A stretch of 63,320 bases of DNA, the filler included, from Thraustochytrium aureum (lineage: Eukaryota), in assembly GCA_012862495.1 (NCBI GenBank). It is 6 parts of 5 records of this genome, joined end to end, with 100 filler letters (N's around TTAATTAATTAA, not from the genome) between each part and the next. Parts side by side here need not be neighbours in the genome. Positions count along the whole stretch, not along the records: positions 13,650 to 25,444 come from BLSG01000430.1; positions 25,545 to 32,326 come from BLSG01000430.1; positions 32,427 to 49,288 come from BLSG01000431.1; 3 more parts are not named here. One strand, 5' to 3'. Position 1 is the first letter of the stretch; each line of letters opens with the position of its first letter. The position numbers and the translations under genes were made by a program. The notes under the pieces are model-generated. The model was given only the letters and a program-made list of their open reading frames with translations, was not told where the DNA came from and did not search any database. Positions 23,019 through 35,663 of the stretch are shown in pieces.

Positions 23019-24568
23019 AAACGCACCTTCTGAAAGCAGCCAAGTTCGCGGCGGGCCTTCACGGTGGGCCTGCACTACGGCCAGTCACGCTTCAACTTGG
23101 CTTTCTCAAGGCCTTGACCCGTGCAATCGCGATGTGAGTATGTGGAAATCAAGCCAGGTCGACACGCGATCGTCCCATGAGTCGCGTGTAATGGCCTGCT
23201 TGTCGCGTGGCTCATAGACGTGGGTTTGGCCGCATGGCAAGCGCTTCGTTTTCACAGCAAGCGGCAGGCCCCAGCTGATAAACATGGGCTCTGCACACTG
23301 ACTCACGGACAGACCGCGACATCGACTCGNNNNNNNNNNNNNNNNNNNNNNNNNNNNNNNNNNNNNNNNNNNNNNNNNNNNNNNNNNNNNNNNNNNNNNN
23401 NNNNNNNNNNNNNNNNNNNNNNNNNNNNNNNNNNNNNNNNNNNNNNNNNNNNNNNNNNNNNNNNNNNNNNNNNNNNNNNNNNNNNNNNNNNNNNNNNNNN
23501 NNNNNNNNNNNNNNNNNNNNNNNNNNNNNNNNNNNNNNNNNNNNNNNNNNNNNNNNNNNNNNNNNNNNNNNNNNNNNNNNNNNNNNNNNNNNNNNNNNNN
23601 NNNNNNNNNNNNNNNNNNNNNNNNNNNNNNNNNNNNNNNNNNNNNNNNNNNNNNNNNCTTTTTCTGCAAGGGTACTCTACTAGTACATGTGTCGGCGCCA
23701 CCATTTGCGGGGCTGAGGCAAACAATAAGTGCGATGACGTCTTAGGACTGGACTGCTTCCAAGAACGCACATCATGCGGACCCGGCCGGCACAAATGTGC
23801 AGTGCTGCAACTCTTGGCGTCGCTTTCTATGGCCGCCTTTCAACTTCCGACAGAATGCTTGCGCGCTGCGTGGATTGGTTCACTCTACCTACACACTGGA
23901 GCGCGATGCAAAAGTTGAGTGCGCGACGACTTCACATGCAGCAGGCCACAGCGGAGCCACGGCGTTGCAGGCTCAGAGGTACTTGCGGCCATGCTACTCG
24001 AGATGCTATCGCGGTTGGGGCGCGCCGACGACGATGGATCCCATTCGAGGACATCGGCAGCAGGTCCAAAAAGCCCAGCAAGGATGGGTCAACCGACACT
24101 CCGGTTGACTACCCCCAACGGGCTTGGCGCAGAAAGGCATTGTCCGTACGCCACAGACAGGAGGAATCAGTCGCGGTCCTCCTCGCAGCCAAGTGCAGTC
24201 CGGTAGACGGCACCGAGATAGATCCGTCGCCACAGGGCGACGAGGAGTTGGATCATCCGCTGAGCGCGCAGCCCTGGAATCAGGCTTCCAACCATTTGCT
24301 TCGCCTTCGAGCCGACCTTCGCGCGATGCATCCACGGCACGATTTGAAGTTGCTTTTCCGACACGTGCGGTAGTCTCGGAGCAGCCCGCGAGCACTCGGA
24401 GAGCGGGCGAGATGCCCGTCCGTTACTCGACTAAACACTCGGCCTCCTGCGCTGCGCGGGCGCCCTGCTTGGTCTCCAGGGCGCTCTCGCTCGTACTGCC
24501 GTGCAGCTTGTGTGCGCCGCAGCACGGCGAAAGGGGCCTGTGGTTCTGTTCGGTTCCCAGCCTGCTCC

Positions 24569-25444
24569 TCAGCTGTCGCTACATTTCGCCAGATACTCGC
24601 AGGTTCCAACATGCTCGAGGGTGTGGGGGTGGGGATTGGAGCGGCAGATCGGAGAGAAAGGAAGCCGGACCGGGTTGTGACCGCCTGGGACGCTACCATC
24701 CGAGCTGGCCACAAAGAGCGTAAGGCCCCGCACGTCACCGTTTGCGCTTGATCCGCCAATGGAATATGAATGCATCGCAACGGCGATGTTGGTTTTTGAA
24801 ACTATCGCGACAGCGCTGCCTGTCTCTCTGAGCTTAATGCGAGTTGCAGCCGTCCAGGCTTTGTCCTCCATTTTGTATACCTGAACTTGAGATCCCTTGT
24901 TGAAGAGAAACGCAGCCAGCCCTTTCCCAATTGCAAGACGGCCTGTCGTTGGAAGATGCCCATTATCCCTTTTAGCATTTGGCAGAGTAGCGACGGGATC
25001 CGCGGAGAGTTTCACCTCGACCTTCTCAATCGATGAAGCGACCCACGTGAACTGGAGATCTAGGCTCAGGCATTCGTTCACCTTCTTCTTCTTGCCACGA
25101 CTGACCACCACAACGCCTGTACCACTTGTCGCCGTTCCCTCTCCTTCTTGTTGTTGGAGCTTGACGAAGCGGAAGGATCTTCCATTGTCCAAGTCGACCA
25201 TTTCAGGGTCAGTCTGGGCGCTACAATGCGCGGCGCGCCCGCTGTAGTACACATAACTCCATGAAAGGGTTTTTCCAGATTTGCCTGGAACAAATGCCAG
25301 CGCGACCATGCCGCCATCCTCATGGTAAAATGTGTTGACATTCGTGCCGTCGTAGATACAATTGGAAGCCACAATGGCTGCTGAGACATCGTCGCTTCGG
25401 ACGCCGCCACAAAGCTGGAGTTGATCGAGCGTCTGCGTCAGGTA
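24569..25444 (-). CDS. Hypothetical beta-rich protein fragment, possibly 5' truncated by the scaffold end
   Basis: 267-aa open frame of alternating beta-strand-like segments; no recognisable motif. Confidence 0.35.
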   Translation of the reverse strand, partial: YLTQTLDQLQLCGGVRSDDVSAAIVASNCIYDGTNVNTFYHEDGGMVALAFVPGKSGKTLSWSYVYYSGRAAHCSAQTDPEMVDLDNGRSFRFVKLQQQEGEGTATSGTGVVVVSRGKKKKVNECLSLDLQFTWVASSIEKVEVKLSADPVATLPNAKRDNGHLPTTGRLAIGKGLAAFLFNKGSQVQVYKMEDKAWTAATRIKLRETGSAVAIVSKTNIAVAMHSYSIGGSSANGDVRGLTLFVASSDGSVPGGHNPVRLPFSPICRSNPHPHTLEHVGTCEYLAKCSDS

Positions 25445-25544
25445 NNNNNNNNNNNNNNNNNNNNNNNNNNNNNNNNNNNNNNNNNNNNTTAATTAATTAA
25501 NNNNNNNNNNNNNNNNNNNNNNNNNNNNNNNNNNNNNNNNNNNN

Positions 25545-26681
25545 AAACAGTCTCTGGCATCACTTCGATGTTCGCAACAAGCCTCTCCGGCTTGCGCGTT
25601 GTTGCGTTCAAGTTGTGTCCAAAGCCCGTGGCTCCGGCCACGCTCCGGCTTGCGCGCTGTTGCGCTGAAGGGCAGGCTGACCCAGTTCGGAGTGCGACGC
25701 GCGCTCTGGATGTCCGTATCGATGCGTAGAGTAGCACAATGCTGGTAGGCAGGGCACGCCTCGTTCTGGCTGGAGACAAGTAGACCATCAAGTACTCTAG
25801 AGTACAGTGGGTACTTCGTGTACAGCATGGTATGGGCAGGGAGTCGACAACCAAAAACAAGGTTCACGAGATGGAAAGTTGGCCTCGCCGTCGATGACAC
25901 GGGTAGAGTACCACGAGGAAACATTGTTCGAAAGCCGGCATCTCGTTTCTCCAGTTGCTCATGAAAACAAACCGCGCTCCGAGTCGGCGAAGGCAAAACT
26001 GCTCGGGAGCTGGCTGCGTACGTTAATACGGAGGCGGATCAGGACGACCCGTCGGGAGCCCACCGTATCCGAGTCTACAGATCCCTGCGCGTCGGTTCCT
26101 CCCAGACCTCGATACTGCTTTCTGCGCTGCGTCACTTCAAATGTTCCATCCGAGTTGTCTCACAAAATCGATCATGTTGACCGCCGTACGCAAGGGACAT
26201 AGGTTCGTTACGGAGATACCCGCACGGGGGTATTTGGCGAGTATATTGTGCAAGAGCTGTTTAAAAGGGAAATTATTGAATATGAAAATAACCCACGGGA
26301 TAGCTACTTAAAATACAGGCAGGCTCTGCTTTGGTGTCGCTTGGCTCAGCGGCGCGTTTTTCGGTCGGGAAACCACCAGACACGATCCGGTCAATTGTGT
26401 ACGGCGACAAGTCCGTCTTGAGGGCGCAGTGCCAGTGGGGTATTCATTCTAACTCATCAGCGAGTTGCTACTTTCATCGATTGATTGTGGCATCTCCGTG
26501 CCCAGATCGGGAGGGCCACTGCCGAGCCCTCGAACGCAGCCCTCGAACGCAGCCCTGTTATCGATACCAAATGGAGAGCGGGGCCAGCAGAGACCTTACG
26601 CCGCGCGGTGCGACCGCAACGAGGGCGAGCGCTGAGCGACGCGTGAAAAGAGAAAACGCTGCTTGGCGTGCAGGAGCATGG
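25545..26681 (+). repeat. Left copy of a diverged ~1.1-1.4 kb inverted repeat (partner 30936-32326)
   Basis: Collinear reverse-complement blocks: 25660-25780/32062-32200, 25930-26095/31620-31797, 26254-26303/31314-31363, 26500-26645/30957-31123. Both copies end in GCAGGAGCATG. Confidence 0.9.
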
Positions 26682-26701
26682 NNNNNNNNNNNNNNNNNNN
26701 N

Positions 26702-29700
26702 AAACCAGCTTGAGTTGGGCAGGCGTCGGCTCTGGCTCCAGCTCGTGAGCTGCGAACGAGTCCTCCGGGCCGAGGTCCAGCCTGATGGACGAGTCGGGGC
26801 CTTCATGGCGCTGCTTGCCGCTGCCCGTCGCCGCGGCGGACTCGGGCAAAGGCAATGGCGGTGCTGGCGTCTTTTCAGCTACCTGGGAGTCAAAGACCGC
26901 CTGGTCCACCCCGTGCGACCCTGCGCGCTCCAGCTTTTTCGACGAGCCTTGGATGTTGGGGCCCTGGGAGTACTCTTTGTTATCTTCCGATGCGACAGCC
27001 GGGTTTCGTGCGGCGGGGGGCGCGATCCCTGTTTGCTCCCCTTGTCCGTGGCCTCTTCCCAAATGCGGATTGAAACGAAGCAGGTCGCCTCGAGAACGGC
27101 GAGCGCGACAGCTAAGCGGCGGATTTTCATGACAGCCTGCTCGTCCCTGCCGTCTTCAGGCGCGAAGACGCTCGTGGCAACCCCGAGGGCTAAAAGCAGG
27201 CCCAGCGACACCTCTGCAAAAACCTGATCGCTGTTGCTCAGGTAAGGGTGGCGCTTGATGAGAAGCACGAGAGAGAGGGCCACAACGAGCATGAAAACCG
27301 GCTGGGCGGCTGCGCTGATCTCGCGGTGCAGGAGGATGAAGAGCGAGGTGAGCAGGAGCTTGCGCACCAGCTCGAGACACTCGAACCAGTAGTTGTCGGT
27401 TGTGTAGTCGCAGCAAAGAAAGTGCGCTGCGACCACGACGACGCTCTTCTCGTGGTCCTCGTTTTCGGCCCCGATCCGGACCCTCGTGTGGGCGTTGCGT
27501 GCATCGCCGGGCTTGCTCACCTCTGGCGATGTCGAAGGAAAGCTGGACGCTGTGCCACTCTGAGCCGCGCTGCCTGCCTGGCACTTCTTTTTATCTTGCA
27601 CGTGGTACATGGTCGCGAAAGCCAAAAACGCCGCCACGACGCCGACTGGGTAAAGGATGATCATGGCGCCCGCATATATCCGCCACGCGCTGCTGGCGCC
27701 CTCATCCCCGTCGTAGTAGTCGATATCCGGCGACACGGCGAGCACCGTGCGCACAGCTTGGTCATCTTGCCAGTCCAAGTGAAGGTCGTCGGTGAGGTAG
27801 ACTCGAAAGATAGCCGCGCTCACGCCGGGGTAGATGAAGAAGAGGATATGGAGGGAGATCCACAGCGCGTTGGCCTTTGAGCGGTTCAATCTTGCAGGCA
27901 GCANNNNNNNNNNNNNNNNNNNNNNNNNNNNNNNNNNNNNNNNNNNNNNNNNNNNNNNNNNNNNNNNNNNNNNNNNNNNNNNNNNNNNNNNNNNNNNNNN
28001 NNNNNNNNNNNNNNNNNNNNNNNNNNNNNNNNNNNNNNNNNNNNNNNNNNNNNNNNNNNNNNNNNNNNNNNNNNNNNNNNNNNNNNNNNNNNNNNNNNNN
28101 NNNNNNNNNNNNNNNNNNNNNNNNNNNNNNNNNNNNNNGGATGCGGATCACCGCGAGCGCGGCAAGCATGCACGCCAAGCACGCGAGCGGCGCCACCGTG
28201 TAGAGGAAGACATAATGATAGTACCCAACCTCAAAGTAGCAGTTCACCTCCAGTAGACGGAGGAAAGCCGCAATGTCGAGATTTAGCACGACCGCCAATG
28301 GGCCCTCTGCAGGGCGCCGCTCAATCCCTGCGGGGTTTGACATCGTAAGCACGTACTGGAAGAGGACCTGAAAGAATCCGATCAAGATCTTGAACTTGGC
28401 GCCCGTGAAAATGCGCGAAAGGGCGGCCGAAAGGTGAACACGGCGGCGCATTATAGGTCCTACGCCATTCTTGAGCTTGGAGCACGCGGCAGCGTATGCT
28501 CTTGCAACGGCGCCCCGGGCCCCGCAACCAGTACATGCTTTGGATCCGCTCCAGCTGTGAGCCGGTGCTGGCCTCTGTACATTTCTCACCTTGCGCCTCG
28601 GTGCGCGAGCGGCGCATAGCAGCGCAAGTGCCGGCAGGACAACGCAAACACCAGCGCAGACCCCAAACAACACGAAGCGGAACTTGTCGGCGGCGCTCTG
28701 TTCGGTATCGCAAAGTCGACTGCGATTGGCACACGACGTCAGACAGAAAGCCCCGGGACCTCGATGCACCGCTCTTGCGTTGCGCGCGCCAACTTACCAC
28801 CCGTCGTTCCCCATGGCATACTTTTCCTCGCAACGGAGGCAGAACGTGCCTATGTGCTTGTCCTTGCAGTAGGCGTCGACGTTGGCAAGCTTGATGGTCC
28901 CAGGAGCGACGCCGACGCAAAAGCCAGGAGGCGAGCACGGACGGATGTCTGTGGAGTCGAACGCCGGGCGCCAAAACCCAGGCTTGATTCCGACTGTTTG
29001 CACAGTGAGCCCGTCCGCAGAGCAATTCGCGCCGCCAAACCCCGAGCACGCTTGAGCGTCCGGACCAACTTTGAACTGGCCCCGCATTGGGAGGCAGGCG
29101 CCTGGACCTACCGCGCCACGGGCCGACGTATGCAGAAAAGGCTCTGGGCAAGGCGAGCACGTCGCGACGCCGTTGCTCTCGAGTGATCCGAATTTGCCCA
29201 GCTCGCACACTTCGCACTCGTCTGCCGAGTTCATGGCTGACCCAAGGGCGCATTCCGGCACAGTCGTCACAAAAACGGGCTCTGAAAAGTTGCCCACTCC
29301 AGCCGACGTTTCCGCGCGGACTTGGAAAGCATAGGTTGTATTCGCCTCGAGCCTGGAAAACCCGGTAGACAGCGACGTCCGCGTCAGATTTTCCTCGTAC
29401 TGGCGGCCAGCTCCGACCAAGCGAGCCGCAAAGCCAACAACAGCGCCGCGCGAGGGCGAGGGCTCTCGCCAGGCAAACGAAGCCGTATAGCGCGTTACCA
29501 CGCCATGCATAACGTCTGTAATTTGCAGTGGCTTGTCGTCAAACGTGGCCATCGAAGCCGCCGGAGTGTAGGGACCAAAGAATGCACGTGCGTGGAAAGA
29601 AACACCGCCCTTGGCGTCGTGCACCTCCTGTGCGTACTGCACGTGGGCAGCTCTAACGTCAATCCTGTACTCGTGCGCAATCTTGAGATCGGATACCGTC

Positions 29701-30938
29701 ACTTTGTACTGTGAGGTTGTGCTTTTCTGGGGGGGCAAGAGGCAGCAGTCGTAGCGGGCTGGCCCATCACTCTCCTGGATCCTGACTTGAAACCCGATGG
29801 CAAACTTGAAAACGGAATCGAAAGGGGGCTCAGCGAAGGTGATCTGGCTGTGCCACGCGTGTGCGGAGCACGGAAAGCACCCTTGCACGCCACGGTTTAT
29901 TCTTCGTAAATTCAATGAATCGCTCAAAGCGCTCGCCAGGTCTACTTGAGATATTCTTGCATCAACTTGATCCAGGGCTGCCATGCTCCAGCCGAGCTCA
30001 AGCGCTGAAGACGTGAGGCCACTCACGGTGAGGTTGCGAGGTGCCCAGCACGGCGCGAACGGGTTGCTTGCGCTTGCAGCGCCGACTGCGACGAGCTGCT
30101 CCGCGAACCCGGTGTCCCCGTTGCACACCGTTTGCTGCGGCTCGCTCATGTACACCGTCATACTGTTCGAAAACCACTGGCTGACAACGCACTCGCAGCG
30201 CCACGGGTTGTTGTGGAGAGAAATGCCTCCAAAGGAAAACCTGGTCACACCGCCCTCGACTATGGGCTTGGAGAAAAGTTCGGCGGTCCCAGCAGGAAGC
30301 GCCGCGAGCGAGTTATTGTGCAGGATGAGACTCGTCAGCTTTTTCAGCTGGGCTAAGCCGTCGCCCACCTCGCGCAGCCCGTTTCCGGGAGCCGTGATGG
30401 ATTGGAGCTTGCGTCCTACTTTTTTCACTGGCAAGATGTTGAGCGATGTGAGTCGGTTGAAACTGACGTCCACGTGCGTCAAGCTTGGCAGCTTCCAGAG
30501 TTCGGAAGGAAGCCCGCTGAGCCCGGCGCCGACGATTTCCAGTCTCTCCAGCGACCCCATTCTGCTGATTGACGCAGGGATTATGTTGCCCGAGAAACCG
30601 AGAAGCTGGCGCAGACACGCGAGCGAAGTGACTGAGGTGATCTTGCCGATCTTCCCCGAGCAGTCCTCGTCCAGCGCTTGCGCGGTTCGCCCGAGCAGTG
30701 CAACGCATGCTGCCAGTGCGGCAATCAGCCTCAGCANNNNNNNNNNNNNNNNNNNNNNNNNNNNNNNNNNNNNNNNNNNNNNNNNNNNNNNNNNNNNNNN
30801 NNNNNNNNNNNNNNNNNNNNNNNNNNNNNNNNNNNNNNNNNNNNNNNNNNNNNNNNNNNNNNNNNNNNNNNNNNNNNNNNNNNNNNNNNNNNNNNNNNNN
30901 NNNNNNNNNNNNNNNNNNNNNNNNNNNNNNNNNNTCAT
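26702..30938 (-). CDS. Receptor-like protein: signal peptide, LRRs + LRR-CT, two FN3 domains, Cys-rich GCC2/GCC3-like repeats and a multi-pass TM region; gaps and frameshifts
   Basis: LTHVDVSFNRLTSL, LTSLILHNNSLAALP, LHNNPWRCEC; WAPRNLTVS, LEANTTYAFQVRAETSAGVGNFS; CEVCELGKF, CxPCP; KFKILIGFFQV, YWFECLELVRKLLLT, HPY. Confidence 0.82.
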
Positions 30939-32326
30939 GCTCCTGCACGCCAAGCACGCGTCGCTCAGCGCTCGCCCTCGTTGCGGTTACAGCAGCGGCG
31001 ATGCGGAAGCTCGTACCGCGCGGCGTAAGGTCTCTGCTGGCCCCGCTCTCCATTTGGTATCGATAACAGGGCTGCGTTCGAGGGCTGCGTTCGAGGGCTC
31101 GGCAGTGGCCCTCCCGATCTGGGCTCGGAAGAGGTTTGTGTTTTTGTAAAAACGAATACCCCACTGGCAGCACGGGCAGGTTTGGCGCTGCCCTCAAACA
31201 TGGTCTTGCACGCTGCGCAGCGCCAGGGAGGATCCTCCTTGGCTGCGCAGGACCAAAAACGGACACGCAACGGCAGGCGACACCAAAGCAGAGTCTACCT
31301 GCACTATCCCAAACTATCCCGTGGGCCATTTCCATGTTCGATAATTCCCCTGTTAAGCAGCCCGTGCGGATCCTACTCGCTTATTACCCCCGTGCGGGTC
31401 CCTCCTTGTGAGATTGCGCGCGGCCATCATGACGTGCGTGCTGTGATGTGAGATGCTGGAACATCGGAAGTGCCATCAAGGACAGCGCTGGGCAGGCAGG
31501 CACTTTGCTCCTGACGTTGGGCACTTTGCTTTTGAGGTCACCCCTCCCGTCTTTCAGCGCGTAGAGTAACAACAACCCACCCAAATGGAGCACATCAAGG
31601 ACAGGGAGGGCCCGACTTGCAGCGCTCTGCAGACTCGCCGAAGGTGTGCTCCCGGCAGGCCGTCCTGATCCGCCTCCGTATCGGTACTTACGTGCCCACC
31701 TCCAGCCTGCAGCCAGCTCTCCCGAGCAGTTTGGCGATCGCCGCCTCGGCGCTCGGTTGGTTTCAAGAGCAGCTGGAAAGAAACGACGCCGGCTTCCAAT
31801 CAAGCAAGCAAGCGAGAGCACTTGGCAATGCTTTCCTGTGGCGCGTGCTGAGGCTTGCTTGCGCGGTGAAGGCCCTGCGGAGCTCTGTGAGATCACGGAA
31901 GCAGACTTGGACACGGCGTGCAGCCCATCGCCGGCGCAGGACAGACAACGCTACATCTCGTGCACATCTTTTCGTTGGCTCCCTGTGCATCGCAGGGTGT
32001 ACCGTGTGGAGTACGTGATGGTGGAAGGAGAACTTACTTGCCGAGGGAAAGAGCGGTCGGTCGGTCTCCAGCCAGAACGAGGCGCGCTCTGCTCTGCCTC
32101 CCTCCCAGCATTGTGCCGCGCTACGTACTCTACGCATCGATACGGACATCCAGCGCGCGCGTCGCACTCCGCACGGAGTCAGCCTGCCCTTCAGCGCGCG
32201 CAAGCCGGAGCGGGGGCGGGGCGGGCACGGGCTTTTGGACGCACTTGAAGCCGGAGAGCCACGGGCTTCGGACACGGCTTGCTTTGCTATGGCGAGAGAT
32301 CATTGACGCGACGCCAGAGGCTGTTG
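30936..32326 (-). repeat. Right copy of the inverted repeat, corresponding to the upstream/promoter region of the LRR receptor gene
   Basis: Reverse complement aligns with 25545-26681 and ends at the receptor ATG. Confidence 0.88.
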
Positions 32327-32426
32327 NNNNNNNNNNNNNNNNNNNNNNNNNNNNNNNNNNNNNNNNNNNNTTAATTAATTAANNNNNNNNNNNNNNNNNN
32401 NNNNNNNNNNNNNNNNNNNNNNNNNN

Positions 32427-32703
32427 CGCTCGTCCTTTGCGCCTCGTGCAAGTTGACCATGTTGAAGCGTGGAGTTGTCATGGGCGCTGCTGGTGCGGAC
32501 GCGGAGTGCACGAGGGGGCGCATCTCGCCTGCGAACGGCATTGACGTGTCTTCTACAGCCTCGCCGTTTGAGGGGGCGTTTGGGAGCGCCGCCGCCGCTG
32601 CCGCCGATGCGCCGATGCCGACGGCGACGTCCGCGTCGCCGGCGACCGTGTCCTCGCTCATCTTCCGGCGCTTTCCTGGCTCGTCATCTTCCGCAGCGAG
32701 CAT
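32427..32703 (-). CDS. 5' fragment of an unknown, probably nuclear, protein truncated by the scaffold end
   Basis: MLAAEDDEPGKRRKMSED.. with an NLS-like KRRK; GC3-rich; runs into Ns. Confidence 0.4.
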
Positions 32704-33082
32704 CGCCTCGCCTCTCCAGAGGCCTCCGCAGTACCCCGCCCCTGTCCCGTCGCTGCCTAGCTATGTACCCGACGCGCCGTGGCCGCCTTGCAGCCGGCGC
32801 CTAGCAGCCCTTTCGGCGCCTCCCTGCGGTTCCACTTTCTCCACTCGCGCCACGGCCGCCCGCCCGCACCACCCGCCAGCAGCCCAAACGCACGCACGGA
32901 CGCACGGGCGCACGCCCGGCACGTACGAGCTAACGAGCGCCCGGCCCGCTTCCAACGCCCGAGCGAGCGCCGCCTCAAGCAAGCACGCACCGCCGCGGCC
33001 TTCCTCCGTTCTTGCTCGTCAACGTCCCCCAGCCAAAACACCACGCCAAAACCCACCAGACCAACGCGGCCTGCGCTCCTCG

Positions 33083-33154
33083 CGCTGCTGCTGCTGCTGC
33101 TGCTGCTGCCCTGGCCTCGATAAGGGCCTGCCTGCCTGCCTGCCTGCCTGCCTG
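33083..33154. repeat. Microsatellites (CTG)n and (CCTG)n; similar (GCTG/CTGG)n, (GCAA)n and (GCGA)n tracts at 33356-33384, 33787-33829, 47554-47633, 60366-60395 and (GCT)n at 50821-50880
   Basis: Read directly from the sequence. Confidence 0.9.
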
Positions 33155-33910
33155 CTCCTCTCTCGCCTTCAGCTTGTTCTGTGTAGTTTGCGACGCTCCC
33201 TGAGGAAACACCGAGGGCGCGCGGCCCGGGCTAGGTGCAGCAGCACGGGCATGGATAGCGAGGTGGCAGGCGACTGCCTGCGGGCGGGCTGCGGGCCCGA
33301 ATGGACGCGCGCGCGCTGCGCCGGTTGCGCTGGTTGGCTTTTGCTTGTGGAGGTCCTGGCTGGCTGGCTGGCTGGCTGGCTGGCTCGAGTGACGTCCGAG
33401 CGCGCTGCTCTGCTCGGCGCGTGGTTTGCGCTCGCAGCGGAAAGGTTGGTGGTGGCTGCGGTATGTAAGGTGTAGAGTATCGCACGTGGCGTTCGATCGT
33501 GCTCGTCACGTTGGTGGGCATTGTGACGTAAGGTGTGTGGAGGGCGTCAGCGGGGTGGGGCGAGTGATTGAGCTGGACCTTCGTCGCTTTGGGGTGGATT
33601 TGTGACGTGGTTTGGGGCGGAGTGACGTGGCCTGGGGATTGTGGTGACGTGGTGCGGCGGTCGGATGCCGTGGCCAGCCAACAAAGGCGCTGGCGTAAGT
33701 CGCGGTGGGATTCGAAGCGCGTTGGTGCTGTGGGCGGCAGACAGACCTGTTGAGCGCGAAGCAGAGTGGTCGGCTTGGCGCCAGGCAGCAAGCAAGCAAG
33801 CAAGCAAGCGAGCGAGCGAGCGAGCGAGCGGCTAGGCAGCTCGGCAGGCGCCGCGTCGGCGAGGCGAGCAGGTCCAGGCGCACAACGCAAAAGGTTGACG
33901 CACGGGCAGG

Positions 33911-35663
33911 ATGTGCGGGATTCTGGGCCTGCTCCTGGCGGACACGAACGCGCACTGCCGGCAAGAGCTGTTTGATGGCCTCACTGTGCTGCAGCACCGT
34001 GGACAGGATGCCGCCGGCANNNNNNNNNNNNNNNNNNNNNNNNNNNNNNNNNNNNNNNNNNNNNNNNNNNNNNNNNNNNNNNNNNNNNNNNNNNNNNNNN
34101 NNNNNNNNNNNNNNNNNNNNNNNNNNNNNNNNNNNNNNNNNNNNNNNNNNNNNNNNNNNNNCGCCGGAATCGCCCACTGCAGGTACCCGAGTAAGTTTGG
34201 ACGGTGCACCGTTGATTTGCTTGCGCGCTCGGGCTTGATTGCCGCCGCCAATGCCCCCGACGCGGACCGCTGACGTTGGCTGCCTCTGCCGGAACGCAGC
34301 TGCCGGAACCAGCTCGATGGACGAGGCCCAGCCCATGTACAACAACTACCCGTGCGGGCTCGCGTTGGCGCACAACGGCAACCTAACGAACAACGACGAG
34401 CTGCAGCAACACGTCCGAGGGCTCCACAGGCACTTGAACACGCAGAGCGACTCTGAAGCCCTGCTGAACGTGATGGCCGAGGAGCTGCGCAACGAGCTGG
34501 ACAACCGCACCGGGGATCGGTCCAACAAGCTGGAGCCAGAGATCATCTTTGAGGCGGTCAAGCGCACGATGAAGCTGTGCAAGGGCGGCTACGCGTGCGT
34601 TATGCTGATCCACGATGTGGGTGTGTTGGCATTCCGCGATCCTCACGGCATCCGGCCGTGCGTGATCGGCCGCCGCAACTCGCGCACCCTTGCCGGCGGC
34701 ATCGACTACGTGTTCTCGAGCGAGTCGGTGGCCTCTGACACGCTCGGCTTTGAGCTGCTGCGCGACGTCAAGCCTGGCGAATGCATCTTGGCGATCCCGA
34801 TGGTGCCGGGCAAGCCGCGCTCCGACGAGGGCCTCCTGTGCCGCCAGCTCGTAGGCGACGGCGACAAGGTGGTCCCCTGCCTGTTCGAGTATGTCTACTT
34901 TTCGCGGCCCGACTCGGTCATGAACGGCGTCTCGGTGTACGAGTCGCGCCTGCGCATGGGCGAAAAGCTCGCCGACAAGGTGCGTCGCGAGCACCCGGAC
35001 GAGCAGATTGACGTGGTCATTCCCATCCCCGACACGAGCCGCGTTAGCGCGCTCGCGTGCGCCAACCGCCTTGGCCTCCCGTATCGCGAGGCCTTCATCA
35101 AGAACCGCTACATTGGGCGGACGTTTATCATGCCCGAGCAGACCGTGCGCCGCAAGAACGTGCGCCTCAAGCTCAACACGGTCAAGGCCGAGTTTGAGGG
35201 CCGCAACGTGCTCCTCGTCGACGACTCGATCGTGCGCGGGACGACTTCGATGGAGCTCGTCAGCATGGCTCGCGAGGCTGGCGCGAAGAAGGTTTTCTTT
35301 TCCTCGGCTGCGCCAGAAATCCGGTACCCCAACGTGTATGGCATCGACCTGCCTTCCTCCAAGGAGCTCGTGGCTCACGACCGCACGGTGCCGGAAATCG
35401 CAAAGCGCATCGGGTGCGACTGGGTGCTCTTCCAAGATCTCCCCGACCTCGAGGACGCTGTGCGCTCGCTCAACCCGACGCTCGAGAGCTTTGAGACGTC
35501 GACGTTCACGGGCACCTACATCACTGGCGACGTGGATAAGACATACTTTGAGTCGCTCGAAAACCTGCGCAGCAACGATGCAAAGGTCCGCCGCGAGAAC
35601 AGCGTCCGCCACGACCCCATTGCCCTCGACCATATCAGCAGCACGATTTCACAACCGAACTGA
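33911..35663 (+). CDS. purF: Amidophosphoribosyltransferase (glutamine PRPP amidotransferase), with intron 34191-34299 and an N gap
   Basis: N-terminal MCGILG, LQHRGQDAAG, HCRYPTAG after splicing, AHNGNL, RDPHGIRP, CLFEYVYFSRPDS, LLVDDSIVRGTT, YGIDLP. Confidence 0.97.
34191..34299 (+). other. GT-AG intron (109 nt) in the amidophosphoribosyltransferase gene
   Basis: GTAAGT donor, GCTGAC branch-like site near 34269, CGCAG acceptor; removal restores YP-T-AG. Confidence 0.92.

Noticed and set aside
23658..24560. Short overlapping ORFs downstream of the helicase
   Set aside because: No recognisable motif or consistent coding frame, so no call can be supported.
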